A DNA stretch of 64,000 bases from contig CM035362.1 in assembly GCA_020137815.1 (NCBI GenBank), forward strand, positions 3,534,001 to 3,598,000. Reading direction: 5' to 3'. The DNA is from Hormiphora californensis (taxonomy: Eukaryota > Animalia > Ctenophora). Position numbers and translations under genes: made by a program. The stretch's first letter is position 1, and each line of letters starts with the position of its first letter. Under the pieces are notes generated by a model. That model searched no databases, was not told the DNA's origin, and was given only the letters and a program-made list of their open reading frames with translations. This document shows, piece by piece, positions 51,901-64,000 of the stretch.

Positions 51901-53503
51901 GCAAGTTAGGGGACCCAATCATTATCTGCATTGTCCAGATGGTCATATTATTAAGTGTTACGTATTGCCACACTAATCTACGGATCAGTGTCCTATTATT
52001 ATTGTACTGTCTCTGTCTGGCGGCGCCGACCAGAGGCACTGTCGGAGGCGCCAGACACCACTGTCTCAGCTCTCATTTAAAGTGAGACATCGATCAGTAT
52101 CGAAAAAGCAGGGATGATTTTTTCAGCTGAAGTATATGTTTCAGGGGTTATCACAACCAATCAACTACCCATTGTTTACGAAATAACCCCTTTTCGCGAG
52201 CTGGCAAGGGAGGGGTAACTTGATCGACGATCGTAACCAATCAACTACCCACACACATAATATAATCAAGCACTATAACACAGCATTCTAAATGAATACA
52301 AAACAGAGCTGCAGTAAACGTAGTTGTTGAGTAAAGGGTGGGTGCCTCAAAACAAGTTTATAGAGGGTCGAGAGAGGGCACAAGCCAATATAAAGCACTT
52401 TTCATCAGCGAAATGGGCTCTTGAAGCTTCTACCACCCCCGCCATCTCTCTCTCCCTCGCTTTCTCTCTCTGCTTCCATCTCTCTATCTCTCTCAATACA
52501 GGCGAGTAACAATTGAGATTGGAAGCACCCAATCAATAAAATGAATATATATGGGGGGAAGGGAGTTGTATTGTTCACACTGCGTGGAGGATCGTCTGGA
52601 CAAGTGGGGAGGGCGGGGGTTGCGACTTGCGAGGTGATACAAGTCGGTCGCAATACAGAATGAACAAGGGGGATACAAGTTTGCCGCAATACAGTATTCA
52701 TGAGATATGGACGAATAACACAGATATTATATAGTGACGCAACTTATTGATGCATATATATCAGCACACAACTGAGGTATTTTATTGTATGTCCATATAA
52801 CTGGGTATTACTGTGATAGTGTAGGGAATTCTTGGGAATTGATCCTCAGGGAGAACTCTACGAATAATTGGAATTTCTCAGGAGTAGGTTACTAATCAAT
52901 CTTTTTTAATCAAAGAAATTTCTTTGATAAAATTACAAATCACAACACGAGTGTTTAATAAACACTCGTGTTGTGATTTGTAACTTTGATTTAGCGTGGT
53001 CGGTGGTCACCTTAGTAGGAGGCTGTCAGGCCAATGCTCTGACCACAGTTCTCGCGCGCGAAACGAGAATAGGTAGGACATTTAAGGAGGCGAATGTAAG
53101 AAAAGGAATGAAAATCAGCAGCATCACGAAATTTTACCAAAGTCAGTTTTACTCAAGCTATCACTAAATCCCAGCTTGCAGCTAATACATGTACTGTAAT
53201 AGTTATAATCCCACTACTAATCTCCTAATTCCTACTACTGAATCTTCAACCACGTTTCTCACTAGTCACGTCCCATATAACTATGTGACATATATTTCAC
53301 GATTCATGCATCTTCATCTCACTCTCTCTCACTCTCCCTCTCTCCCTCTCTCCCTCTCTCCCTCTCTTTCTCTGATGACAAAGCGAAGCCCAGCAATGAT
53401 CAACTCACACGGTCTCTCAATCTCACGGTTAGTGAGATAGACAGAGAGAGATCTTCACTCCTTCTCTCCCTCTCTCTCGCTCTCTCTCTCTCCTTGTCCC
53501 TGA

Positions 53504-53535
<32 letters not shown>

Positions 53536-53656
53536 CCTCCCTCTCTCTATCTTTGTAAAGAAGAGGCTAATTAATCGACATCTGTTATACACACATATAT
53601 CTATAACCAAGTGGAGATGTCTAATTTATGAACATAGACCTGTTCATTTCCCACAT

Positions 53657-53778
53657 ACAGTCAGACCCCGATATACCGTGTACCCCCCGATATACCGTGT
53701 TCCACCCCGATATACCGTGTTCCCCCCGATATACCACGATTGCTCTCTTACCCAGAGTAGTCCGGTATATCGGGGTCC
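53657..53778. mobile_element. MITE family B (TA-CAGTCGGACCCCG type); related copies near 2116-2180, 35385-35490, 37230-37295, 38161-39035, 61690-61772
   Basis: Repeated CCCCGAT(A/T)TACCG motifs, with an inverted CGGTA(A/T)ATCGGGGTCC end. Confidence 0.65.
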
Positions 53779-54941
53779 AACACCAATATAATATATCGAA
53801 TTGTCAATGATCACAATGACTACACAATTATACAAATGATAATTATCGTGGCGTTATTGTTTAGAATATTCGATCTAATATTCATGTTATTTCACCTCTA
53901 TCTCAGAGAGTCTCTCTTATTCTTCTCGCGAACTGTTCCAAGGGTGTGGTTATGTGTTCTAACCCTCCTTTACATATCGGGTGGAGCACGGGAAACAAGG
54001 TTGAGCAATGCAAGTGGGGTCCCAGTGTATTTCTCGAACTTCCCTCACCGTGCCGGCCCCGTAAAGGAGGGTTTTAAGTGAACAGATCACATTCAAAGAA
54101 ATGTAAAAGTTAGCAAACTACCTGTTTGGTGGCGCCAGACCCCAATTTGGTTCTCAAAAACAGTGCTCTCAGATGGGGTCGGCGGCGCCAGACAGCAAAT
54201 TACAGATTTCCATTTTCCACAAGATTAGAAACATAGTTGACTGAAAAAACTGTGTCAAGCCTCGGTAGAGAGACTAAAAAGAGCAAAAGTAGTCGATAAT
54301 TTTCAGATTCTCTCAGCTTTTTGAGTTCGGAGTACCATCTCTGGAAAAGGGTGCGTGACAAGAGATGGAAATTGTACAGGAAGCGGAAGAGAAACATAGA
54401 ATTTGAAGAGAGGGAAAGAAGGCCGTACCAAACACAAGAACAGAATGTTGAGTAACAATGAACAGTAAACACTGTTTATTAAACAGTGCTGTCTCCGAGC
54501 TTCTCGAGAGACTGGACTTATATGGTTCAACCATGCAGCTCGATCACGGCCCTGTCTCACCGTGTCCAGTGTCCAACAAGTTCAACAAGTTCAACCCAAC
54601 TCCTGGCCGATGCATGTATGTTAAAGTGTATGGGCAATATAAACGTGTGGAAGAAGTTTCTAAATGTAACATAGCAGAAATTGTAACAGAGTTGATGTTA
54701 TACAGCTGCACTGGAAAGGTTACAATTTACATATGCTGCAAAACTGAGGCTTCACATAACCCTCTCTCACAAACTAACACACACAAATATGATGTTTTAT
54801 GTTCATCGACGCGGTGCCGCTCACTTCTTCTATCTCTCTCTCTATCTCTCTCTCTCCCTCCCTCTCTCACTTTCTCTCCCTTCATTTCCGGACCGGTACT
54901 ATATGTGTGTGCTATAGAGTATCGGGAAATTGCAAGAGAGA

Positions 54942-55027
<86 letters not shown>

Positions 55028-56214
55028 TGAAGCTTTCATTTATCAATGAGCAACTGTGTATAGCAATATAGTGCAATTTTAATTAACACTCTCTCTCATT
55101 AACTTTATCTTTCTCCGCTTCAAGTCTCTCACACTCGCAGCAATATAAAAGTGGAGGAGGGACGGGGAATAATGTTGAGAAGAAATAAATAATAAAAGAA
55201 TCTCCGTTTGTCACAAACTTTAATTTGAATTTATCTAACGCACAAGTTAATTGTTTAGAATTTAGATTGGTCGATCTGTCAACTTAACGCAAGATAGTGG
55301 GCACCAAGATTTAAAAGAGCGTCACACACATAGAAAATATTTACGCAAGCAAAGTTAAAGAGACTGTTCACTAAAAAAAGACGAGAATGAACGAAACTGG
55401 GGGTGCAGCTGCAAGGTCAGAGTCAATAGATTTAGAACTGAGCCCATGTTACACACTTACACGCGCGCGGCGGTATCTGCACGTGCACTTGCGCTAGATC
55501 CAGATCATCATCTCCATCATTTCAACAAAATTTATAATCAAATTGAAAGCTAAACACTCTAATCATCATGCACTATCACCAAAGCCGGACATATTCATAT
55601 TAGTTTGATTACCACCGAATTTTTTTCAGCAAATTGATGTAACGCGCGAGAACATATGGACTTAACTGAAAACTGCTCCGCGCGTTGTGCGCGCCAAACA
55701 AATTAAACTTTTTTTAAAGTGCAAGATAAAAAACTTGATCTCAGTTTTTTAAATTTTCCTTTGAATTTTCCAAACGCTGTTCATTTCAACGGCCTCTGTC
55801 TCACATCGCGGTGTTAGTTTTAACAATAATCTCTGTGTTCTTCAAGTCTATCTTTTAGTTCTACAGGGTGTCCCACTGTCTTTGCGTCACCTGCGATAAG
55901 CGATTTTGGTTCAATACCGGGCTAATACAATACCGCATTAATTAACTTATTCTGACTGGCCATTGCACTGGCCTCCTGCCTTTTTATTTTTTTTTACCGC
56001 TCCAATTAATTAATTTATTAACAGCTTTGTATTTAACCTATCTGACTGACCTCTGGTCTCTTGCTTTTTATTTTTCTACCTCGTTATTCATTAATTTATT
56101 ACCAGCTTCTTTAGAATTTTCCATAGGCCATTTATTAGATCATAACCTTATATAGCAATTAATATGGTTAGTGTGTATTACCTTATCGGTTATCCTGTTA
56201 CAGTTACTTTATCC

Positions 56215-57761
56215 ATTAACTATCTAAAGCTAAATTCAGGTAAAACCGAAATTGTCGTGATCAACAATAAAGCAGACAAATCACCTAATCCGACATCGAT
56301 CTTCCTGCAAAAGAGTGACAAAATCCCGACTGAACCATCCACAGAAGCTCGAAATTTAGGTGTCTGGTTTGACCAAACCTTCTCAATGTCATCCCATGTG
56401 TCCCGAGTTATCCAGTCGTGTTGGAGCCAGCTGGCAAATCTATGGAGGATCAGGAAAGGACTCACTGTACAGCTAAAGACTCAACTTGTACATCAACTTG
56501 TTCACTCAAGGCTAGATTTTGGTAACGGACTACTCGTTGGACTTTCAAAACGGGATTTGCAACGACTACAAAAAGTGCAAAACAGTGCCACTAGATTTAT
56601 CTATGGATCGAAAGGAAAGCGAGGAGTTACTGAAATGAGGAAGAAACTTCATTTCCTTCCGGTCGAGCAAAGAATCGTTTTCAAAGTCTGCCTCCTGGTC
56701 TATAAATGTATACATGGACTTGTGCCTGAGTATCTGTCAGACATGATTATACGCAGACAGCCGAAAGCCAGAAAAGTTCGTCTTGATGATGACCTAACCC
56801 TAGTGGAAAAACGCCATGATACAAAATATCTTACCACTCAGAAAGCGTTCAGTGTATGCGGACCTAAGATTTGGAACAAACTACCTAAAAGCCTAAGAGA
56901 AGTATCATCTCTTGAAACTTTCAAGCAAATGTTGAAAACTCATCTTTTCACCGTCGCTTATCCAGATAGTAACAGTGGTACGAACACAGTGACTCAACCA
57001 CGTAAAGCGAAGGCCAAGATTCTAAACCCATCCTGCCGATAATACATCTTTGTCTATGGGTCCTGAGTTGACTAACTTTGAGCTAAAGAAAAGACAAGAC
57101 AAGATCCGTAAAGACAAGCCCACACACACACAATTTAATCACAGCACATCACTTTATTTTGCTACAACTTATTATAATTTATTTTTATGATAAAAATATT
57201 CTTAATCCACTAATTTATTATTTTAATCACCCAATTAACTTATTATTTTTAATCAAAAGTAATCTGTATTATTCAATCTGACTCAAGCTACCCAGCTGTT
57301 ATCACTCACTTTTCTTTCTTTTTTCTTTTTTTTTTGTATCAATTTTGTCCAACCTTAGTCACTGCCTTTCCACATCATCCACTTCGATGAACTTTTTCAA
57401 CTTATTTCACTTCCCTCACACTATTTCAAACATGACTCCACCCTAATTCTTACTAATTAACAATATTCAAATCACAATCATCTATCTTTTCTTCTTTTTT
57501 ATACCATAACGTATTTTTTATACTTTTTTCCTCGGACTAAATCTTCTTTCTTTATTATTATTTCTTGATCAAAATTAGCTTGAATGGCATTCCTCTGGCT
57601 ATGAGAAGGCCGCTATAGACGCGGTGTTAGTTTTAACGATAATCTCGGTGTTCTTTAAGTATATCTTTAAGTTCTAGTTTAAACGAGTAGTGAACTAGCA
57701 TATTTAACGCATGATAGCGGGATATAAATATTCGATATTATTATTATTATTATTATTATTA
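56215..57761 (+). mobile_element. 5'-truncated L2/CR1-group LINE (C-terminal ORF2 fragment, 3' UTR, (TTA)n tail)
   Basis: The ORF to 57042 has LKLNxxKTE, ARNLGVWFD, LVHSRLDFGN, LQKVQNSATR, LHFLPVEQRIVFK, AFSVCGPKIWNKLP and FKQMLKTHLF. A 3' end GCGGGATATAAATA followed by (TTA)n lies at about 57717-57761. The RT catalytic core is absent. Confidence 0.85.
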
Positions 57762-58470
57762 CTTAGCTATTCGCCTCCTTTTTAGATCACTAGCCTTTTA
57801 CTTGAATTAATTATTAAACTATACTATTTACTTAGTATTTACACTATGTACTTATTAATCAACAGTTAATTATCTAACTAGTTAATTATCTAACTAGTTA
57901 ATTATCAATTATCTAACTAGTTAATTTCTCAATTATCTAACTACTTAATCACTCAACGTATTAATTACGCTATTTCTTAATTAGATATTTTATAACCCTT
58001 ATTTTCTACATACATTTATATATATTATATCGAATGACTGCCGACGGTTTTTTAAGGCCTTTAGGATCTTATAATCCTATAAGAGCCGCTTTAGAAGGCT
58101 TGTTAGTGGTGGGTGCGTTGCTTCAATCGACTGATTGAAACGGCGTCCTCCTAGCACTGACAATGCATAGGCCCAAAAGCGGGATATAAATTATAATTGT
58201 ATTTGTATTTGTATTTGTACTTCATTAAAATTTAAATTAATCAAAACTCGTCGAAAAATAGGTCAAAATGGCTCGTCCAAAAACTAGTGTTCTAAAGAAT
58301 TGTCAGGCAAACATTTTGGTTGCAAGATTGGCGTTCCAAGTCTTACCAATCGTCAGATATATCGTCTTAAAGTCAAAAATACGTGTTCATGAAATCCTAC
58401 CGGGGTTCACGTTTTGAAAAATGCATAGATGTAAAGTTGTTTAGAGTGTCACTTATAAGTTATGACTGTG

Positions 58471-58925
58471 AGTAGTAGTTTACTACTCCCCGCTTTGCTG
58501 CAATTCTGCAGGCTAATGCTGCTTATGCAGGCTATGCTGCTTCGGCAGGCAACGACAGATAACATCTGGTCATACCTAAACAATTACAAACCCAATATCT
58601 AGCCCTAATTTCTCTCGCTCCCTACTGTCATTTCATGAGTTTAAATTCCATTCCCTTCTGTCAATGATAGTATCATTTTCCCGCTCTCTCTCTCTCTCTC
58701 TCACTAACCGTTAGAGAGAGAAAGAAATATCAACGTTATGGGTCACGCACTTATCATGCAAGCAACACATGAACTTCCTAGCGATCAGTAGTAGTTTACT
58801 ACTCCCCGCTTTGCTGCAATTCTGCAGGCTAATGCTGCTTATGCAGGCTATGCTGCTTCGGCAGGCAACGACAGATAACATCTGGTCATACCTAAACAAT
58901 TACAAACCCAATATCTAGCCCTAAT
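58471..58925 (+). repeat. 139-bp direct repeat (58471-58609 and 58787-58925)
   Basis: AGTAGTAGTTTACTACTCCCC..CTAGCCCTAAT occurs twice and looks identical. Confidence 0.9.
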
Positions 58926-59430
58926 ACCCTCCACCCGCCCCGAACCGCCCCGCCCACCTCCAATATATACATACAAAACAAAACTGTGGACTGAGAACAA
59001 ATCCTTGCCAGTTCAGCTTTCGAACATAATCTGACCTAATTGGTCCTAATCAGACAGGTCTCACATTACACATATACGTAAAATACCCGTCATGCCACTT
59101 ATAATGTAAACCTACCATATGCCAGACCTATTCAAGATACTATAATTAGAGTAACCCCAAACACCTAACATTCCAGTGTCCTAAAATCCTAAACACGGAG
59201 AGAATGAGACTAAGTGGTAAAACCTCGTACAATAACCTAGGTAAAATGATAATAACCCACACCGCGGTAGCTATCAAGCTAAACGAGACAGCTTAAAAAC
59301 TCAAAGACCGAGATTGAGAAAAGATGGCTATATCCCTGCCTGTCGCAGGGGGATATAGTCACCGAGCTAAAAAGACTCATAGGAAAGAACCAACAGTATC
59401 CTGCGACTTTCGAAGGAGTTTACTCTCCCG

Positions 59431-60816
59431 AAAAAAAGGCCCCCCCTAGACCACCATAGTTGCCGATGTGGTGGAGAGCTGTAACTTGGCAGGGTTGCTC
59501 CACTATGTCTATCTTGATCCTGACAGAAAAATCAGAGCTCTAGCTCAAAATTCATTTTCATGAACGGAATGAACTTCTCCGTTCCTTCGATATGAGACCC
59601 CCTCATCATTCAGAATTTTTTGCCCGTCTTTGGCTAACGATTATCTTTGTAATGAGACCAATTTGAGCATAATCTGATTACCAGGAGAGACACAGTGGAG
59701 GGTTTTCCGACCGTCACTCCTGACATGTGATCCAGGCCCGGTCACGTGGTGAAAAGTGGGTTTGGGGTGCTGTTAACATGTCTCAATAACGGATTATTGC
59801 TCTCATATCCCTTGAATATCCCTCCACAATGCTCTCAAGTCACTTTGTGATGCTGATTGATTGGGTTCATGTCACCAGTTCTTGTCAAAGTTCTCAAGCG
59901 GCCCGTGATACGAGATCATTTCATCAAGGAGGGGCCATCTTGTGTCACTAATCAGCCTATCATCTCACATTACACTAGCCAAGGGATCTGGGGTATTTAA
60001 ATCTTCAAATGTTCATCAAAAACATTCCCAATCGTTACTTGCAATGCATTTTACACCCGAACAGAGGAACTTCATCTGGCTCAAGAAGGAAACCAACACC
60101 CTCTACCCCACCATCGAACAGGAGTTCTTTATCAAGTTTGGCCGCCTTCTTGAGCCAGATGAAGTTCCTCTGTTCGGGTGTAAAATGCATTGCAAGTAAC
60201 GATTGGGAATGTTTTTGATGAACATTTGAAGATTTAAATACCCCAGATCCCTTGGCTAGTGTAATGTGAGATGATAGGCTGATTAGTGACACAAGATGGC
60301 CCCTCCTTGATGAAATGATCTCGTATCACGGGCCGCTTGAGAACTTTGACAAGAACTGGTGACATGAACCCAATCAATCAGCATCACAAAGTGACTTGAG
60401 AGCATTGTGGAGGGATATTCAAGGGATATGAGAGCAATAATCCGTTATTGAGACATGTTAACAGCACCCCAAACCCACTTTTCACCACGTGACCGGGCCT
60501 GGATCACATGTCAGGAGTGACGGTCGGAAAACCCTCCACTGTGTCTCTCCTGGTAATCAGATTATGCTCAAATTGGTCTCATTACAAAGATAATCGTTAG
60601 CCAAAGACGGGCAAAAAATTCTGAATGATGAGGGGGTCTCATATCGAAGGAACGGAGAAGTTCATTCCGTTCATGAAAATGAATTTTGAGCTAGAGCTCT
60701 GATTTTTCTGTCAGGATCAAGATAGACATAGTGGAGCAACCCTGCCAAGTTACAGCTCTCCACCACATCGGCAACTATGGTGGTCTAGGGGGGGGCCTTT
60801 TTTTTGCCGCACACGG
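59431..60816. mobile_element. Palindromic Tc1/mariner-like derivative (two inverted copies of the element's left end)
   Basis: Arms 59431-60089 and 60145-60804 look identical, with a spacer of about 55 nt. The right end ..GCCGCACACGG|TA is TIR-like. It contains the short ORF start MHFTPEQRNFIWLKK..EFFIKFG. Confidence 0.7.
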
Positions 60817-61181
60817 TATAATGCGAACCTGTCCTGTGGTCAGTTCCTGATGGTGGGGGGAGGGGAGGGGGGCTATTCTCCTAGTGCCGGCGATATCGCT
60901 TGCGATAGTCCCCTGTGGGCTTGCCGTTGGCAAGCCCAGGCACTCCGTAGATAGATAGAAGTTATGACTGTCTAAACACGAAATTCAACCAACATTTTTA
61001 AGGGAATCAAGTGTCATCAACAAAGGGTTAAAACTATTTGAAATTTATAAGAGCTTAATTGGTTATGTTCTAATATACCCTCGTCCCTCCTTTGCATTTA
61101 CGGGGCGTAGGTGAAACAGGGTCGAGCCAGGCAAGCTGAGGATTAACTAACAAGTTAAGTTTGTTTTAGCCAAGTTATAAA

Positions 61182-63921
61182 ATGGGTATCGAAGACCTGG
61201 GTTTACTTCTGGAGAATATTGAGGAATATGTTATGGAGCAGAAAAAAATTGTAAGTAATTGTTATGAATTGTGACGAAAAGATATATTGTACAGGGTTGC
61301 ATTCATAACATACAATTGGTCGAGAAAATGCTGTGATACAATTGGTTAGGCTGTTAATTTCGAAAGGATGATCGGCCACTATGCTGTCTGATCTGGTCGG
61401 TGAGACTTGGTAGTGTCACACAACTTGTGTGTACTGTTTACCGTCCCAGATCTGGGCAAACCAAACCAAACTTCGAAAATTAACTGATGTCCAGACTTAA
61501 TAAAACCATCCCTGCAGGTGACCTACAAGTGGTTAAGTAGGACGTTCTCTCTTAACGTCAACCAAGCGAAACAGTAAGTTAACAAAACCTAGTTCCATGC
61601 TATCTTGCTGTCTTGTAATCTTCTATGTATTTATTCGGTGTGGTTTAAATAAAAGTCGGGCCCCAATCCCATCACCCACAGTGCTAGGAGGAAAGGGGTT
61701 TTCCCGGTAAATCGGGGTGCCTGGTATATTGGAAGACATTCATCCTCCCGGTAGATCGGTGTCCGACTGTTATACTCTGTACAGTAAATAAATCTGTGTA
61801 ATTTCGCCATGTAGCAGAAACCGACCGAATCAGGAAATACTGGTCCCTGATTGGCTGATAACCAGTCACGTGACCTAAATAACGAATTCTAATTGGTTGT
61901 TTACTTGTTTCGGTGGGTTCCTGCCATGTAATTTCGCCACAACTTCGTGTTTCAGGTTGTTAGCGATATTTCACAAGAAGCACAAGGCACTAAATCACAA
62001 GAGCATACAGGGAGTCTACTTTGTAAGCGGCATGAGGACTAATTCAGCTGGATTACTGGTGAGTTGAGTGCATTTATTTATAATTAATTGAATCAGTATC
62101 ATTACTGAGGGGTTGAGCGAGCAATTAGTTCAGTTATATCATCTGGTATTTATGTGAGCACTGAGCCGAGAGACATACTAAATAATAATATATATTCAGT
62201 GTTTTTTAGTCTAACGTTCAGTGTTTTGGTTTTACCCACTTATTATTTAGATTCTTTAACCTGGCTACTTATTACATAGATTCTCTCTCGAAGTAATCTA
62301 CATCACTTCTCACACTTCCCTCTATTTCTAGACACATCAAGTCTGCCTGGTGAGTGAGGAGATGCTGGAATCGACAAAGGCCCTACTGAACCCAATAACC
62401 AGTATCCACTTGTACAGTGTACAAAAGGGGAAACCAAAGGTAATTCTTGGAAAATAGGTTTAAAATTAAACAGATGACAGATCTATAACATCAAAATGTC
62501 ACAGATTAGATGGTGCCTTGTTTCTTGGTTTTGATCACGCAAAACCTCCATCCCCTTTTTTCATCCCATATTATCAAGTTCAATTATTGGAAAAAAAGAT
62601 TGAACTTCAATCTTTTCTCAATCTTTTCACTATGAATTGAACTCTCGCTGAAGCTGTCCCTGAAGCTGAGAGACTCAATCAACTTTATTACTCATTTCAT
62701 CTCCAGCTGTGAGAGAGAGAGTGCCGCACACATATATCAGCACTGTTCGTCCAATCTGAGAGTGGGGTCTACTTAAGACGTCATGTTTGGAATGCGCGGC
62801 ATCTCCCTTCTGTGAAAAGTAGAGTTCATCGCGCGCATCTTGTATCTTACCGCCGCGTGATTCCACTCTATTCTGATCATGATCACACACCCCCATCTCC
62901 CTTGGAGCCGGTCATAATATGATCAATGATGTATTTGGTTATCGGGTTAACGAGCTACCTAGCTCTAACTGTAATTGCGTAACCAACTAGTCCCCCCCCC
63001 CTTGTTCCTACAATTAATACCGCTTTTACTTGTTATGTTCTAACCCTCCCGAAACACAGCTTTTACCTATTCCAACCTCATTATAACACCCCCCCTGTTG
63101 TTCAGGAGACCGCCCCGATCTACAATGCGGACCTTGAACAGACCAGGAAGCAGGTGTACAGCACTGCAGAGTTCTCAATGATAAAATGTGATGATGCCAA
63201 AATTAGTCAGGTAACGAAATGACTAAGAACCTCTTTTTTTCGAATAATAAGTTCAAGATAAGCAAAAAAGTCTGAAATATTAAGTTCAAACCTTCCTAAA
63301 GTTCATTTCTCTATTGTTAGAATTTCTGTCAGTGTTGTGAACCTCCTCCACTCTCTCAGATTGTAAACAACCGTCCGGTGACCCCTCCTGCACTGAAAAA
63401 TAAGGTTAAAGTGATGGCACCCGGGGTTGAGACATCTGTGAAGGTAAATTCTAGGAACCGACCGAATCAGGAAATACTGGTCCCTGATTAGCTGATAACC
63501 AGTCACGTGACCTAAATAACGAGTTCTGATTGGTTGTTTACTTGTTTCGGTCGGTTCCTAGTAAATTCACTCCCACCACCCCCAGGTAAATTTTATCCGC
63601 TATTAATTGTTGGGGTGAATCACATTGATAATCATCGTCAACCACAGTCCACCCTTTACTTCCTGCGAGTTTCAACTTTCCAGCCACTACTTTTTCAAGC
63701 CATTATCCCCCCCCCCCCCTAATTGTTAATCCCCCCCCCCCCGCCCCTAATTGTTAACCCATTTCAGGCAGAACCAACCAAGAAGACGGCAACAACAACT
63801 AACAAGAAACAGGGGACACTATTAGGGGCTGGAAACAAGGCTAAACCGGTCAAGGAGGAGCCTAAACAAGTGGAAGCAAAGAAATCAAACAAAAACAGTC
63901 TCAATAACTTCTTCGGGAAAG
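61182..63921 (+). CDS. POLD3: DNA polymerase delta subunit 3 (p66/Cdc27), 5' part; continues past the window
   Basis: Exons 61182-61250 (LENIEEYVMEQKKI), 61518-61573 (VTYKWLSRTFSLNVNQAKQ), 61956-62058 (GVYFVSG), 62332-62439 (SIHLYSVQK), 63106-63210, probable 63360-63443, and 63768-63921 (NNFFGK). These match POLD3 N-terminal motifs (LENIDEFV..KIVTYKWLS..VNQAKQ..YLVSG..SIHVYSIQK), and the phases are consistent. Confidence 0.88.
61815..61923 (-). mobile_element. MITE family A (POLD3 intron 2)
   Basis: Full length; TSD CCATGTAG/CCATGTAA (7 of 8 match). Confidence 0.85.
63452..63560 (-). mobile_element. MITE family A, TAGG..CCTA terminal variant
   Basis: 8-bp TSD GTAAATTC, which coincides with a probable POLD3 splice donor. 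Confidence 0.9.
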
Positions 63922-64000
63922 GTATTGACAGAGTTCTTGAGAAAAACAATAAAATTCGGTTATTAATATTTCAAATAAGAAAGTTTCCTGACAGGTTTTA

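Noticed and set aside
52330-52430. Hammerhead ribozyme (CTGATGA on the minus strand)
   Set aside because: No stem II followed by GAAA could be identified.
54458-55030. 190-aa ORF or possible exon near 54520-54620
   Set aside because: No recognisable domain, it runs into microsatellites, and it cannot be linked to other exons.
56164-56214. ATG at 56164 as the start of an intact 292-aa gene
   Set aside because: LINE similarity starts at about 56215. The upstream codons are flanking sequence fused to a 5'-truncated element.

Overview
This is eukaryotic, animal-like DNA: intron-rich, repeat-rich, with one 100-N gap and long stretches that look like unpolished long-read sequence (about 23.8-27.9, 32.3-38.1 and 43.3-48.6 kb). 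By splicing exons by hand I can support four host genes. (1) An intronless, atypical Rho/Ras-like small GTPase with a CAAX box (1315-1929, +). (2) An 8-exon type II glutamine synthetase (4257-7928, +) with two 1-nt frameshifts and a divergent DGRK loop. (3) A PRD-class Q50 homeobox gene with an octapeptide and an OAR motif, Arx/aristaless-like (12619-28907, -). (4) The 5' part of POLD3 (from 61182, +). Mobile DNA includes about 18 copies of a 109-bp hAT-like MITE with 8-bp TSDs, a complete non-autonomous Helitron, an Academ-like element, several fold-back elements and a truncated L2/CR1-type LINE. The MITE resembles a repeat I recall from the ctenophore Pleurobrachia, which I cannot verify here. 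Three patterns stand out. (a) Exon ends are tandemly copied into flanking introns or UTRs, and the copies differ from the working exon almost only at synonymous positions. (b) Several minisatellites are amplified 3' splice sites (CTAAC, pyrimidine tract, AG). (c) The MITE repeatedly sits within about 25 nt of 5' splice donors with an orientation bias, and in one intron it appears to supply the donor GT.
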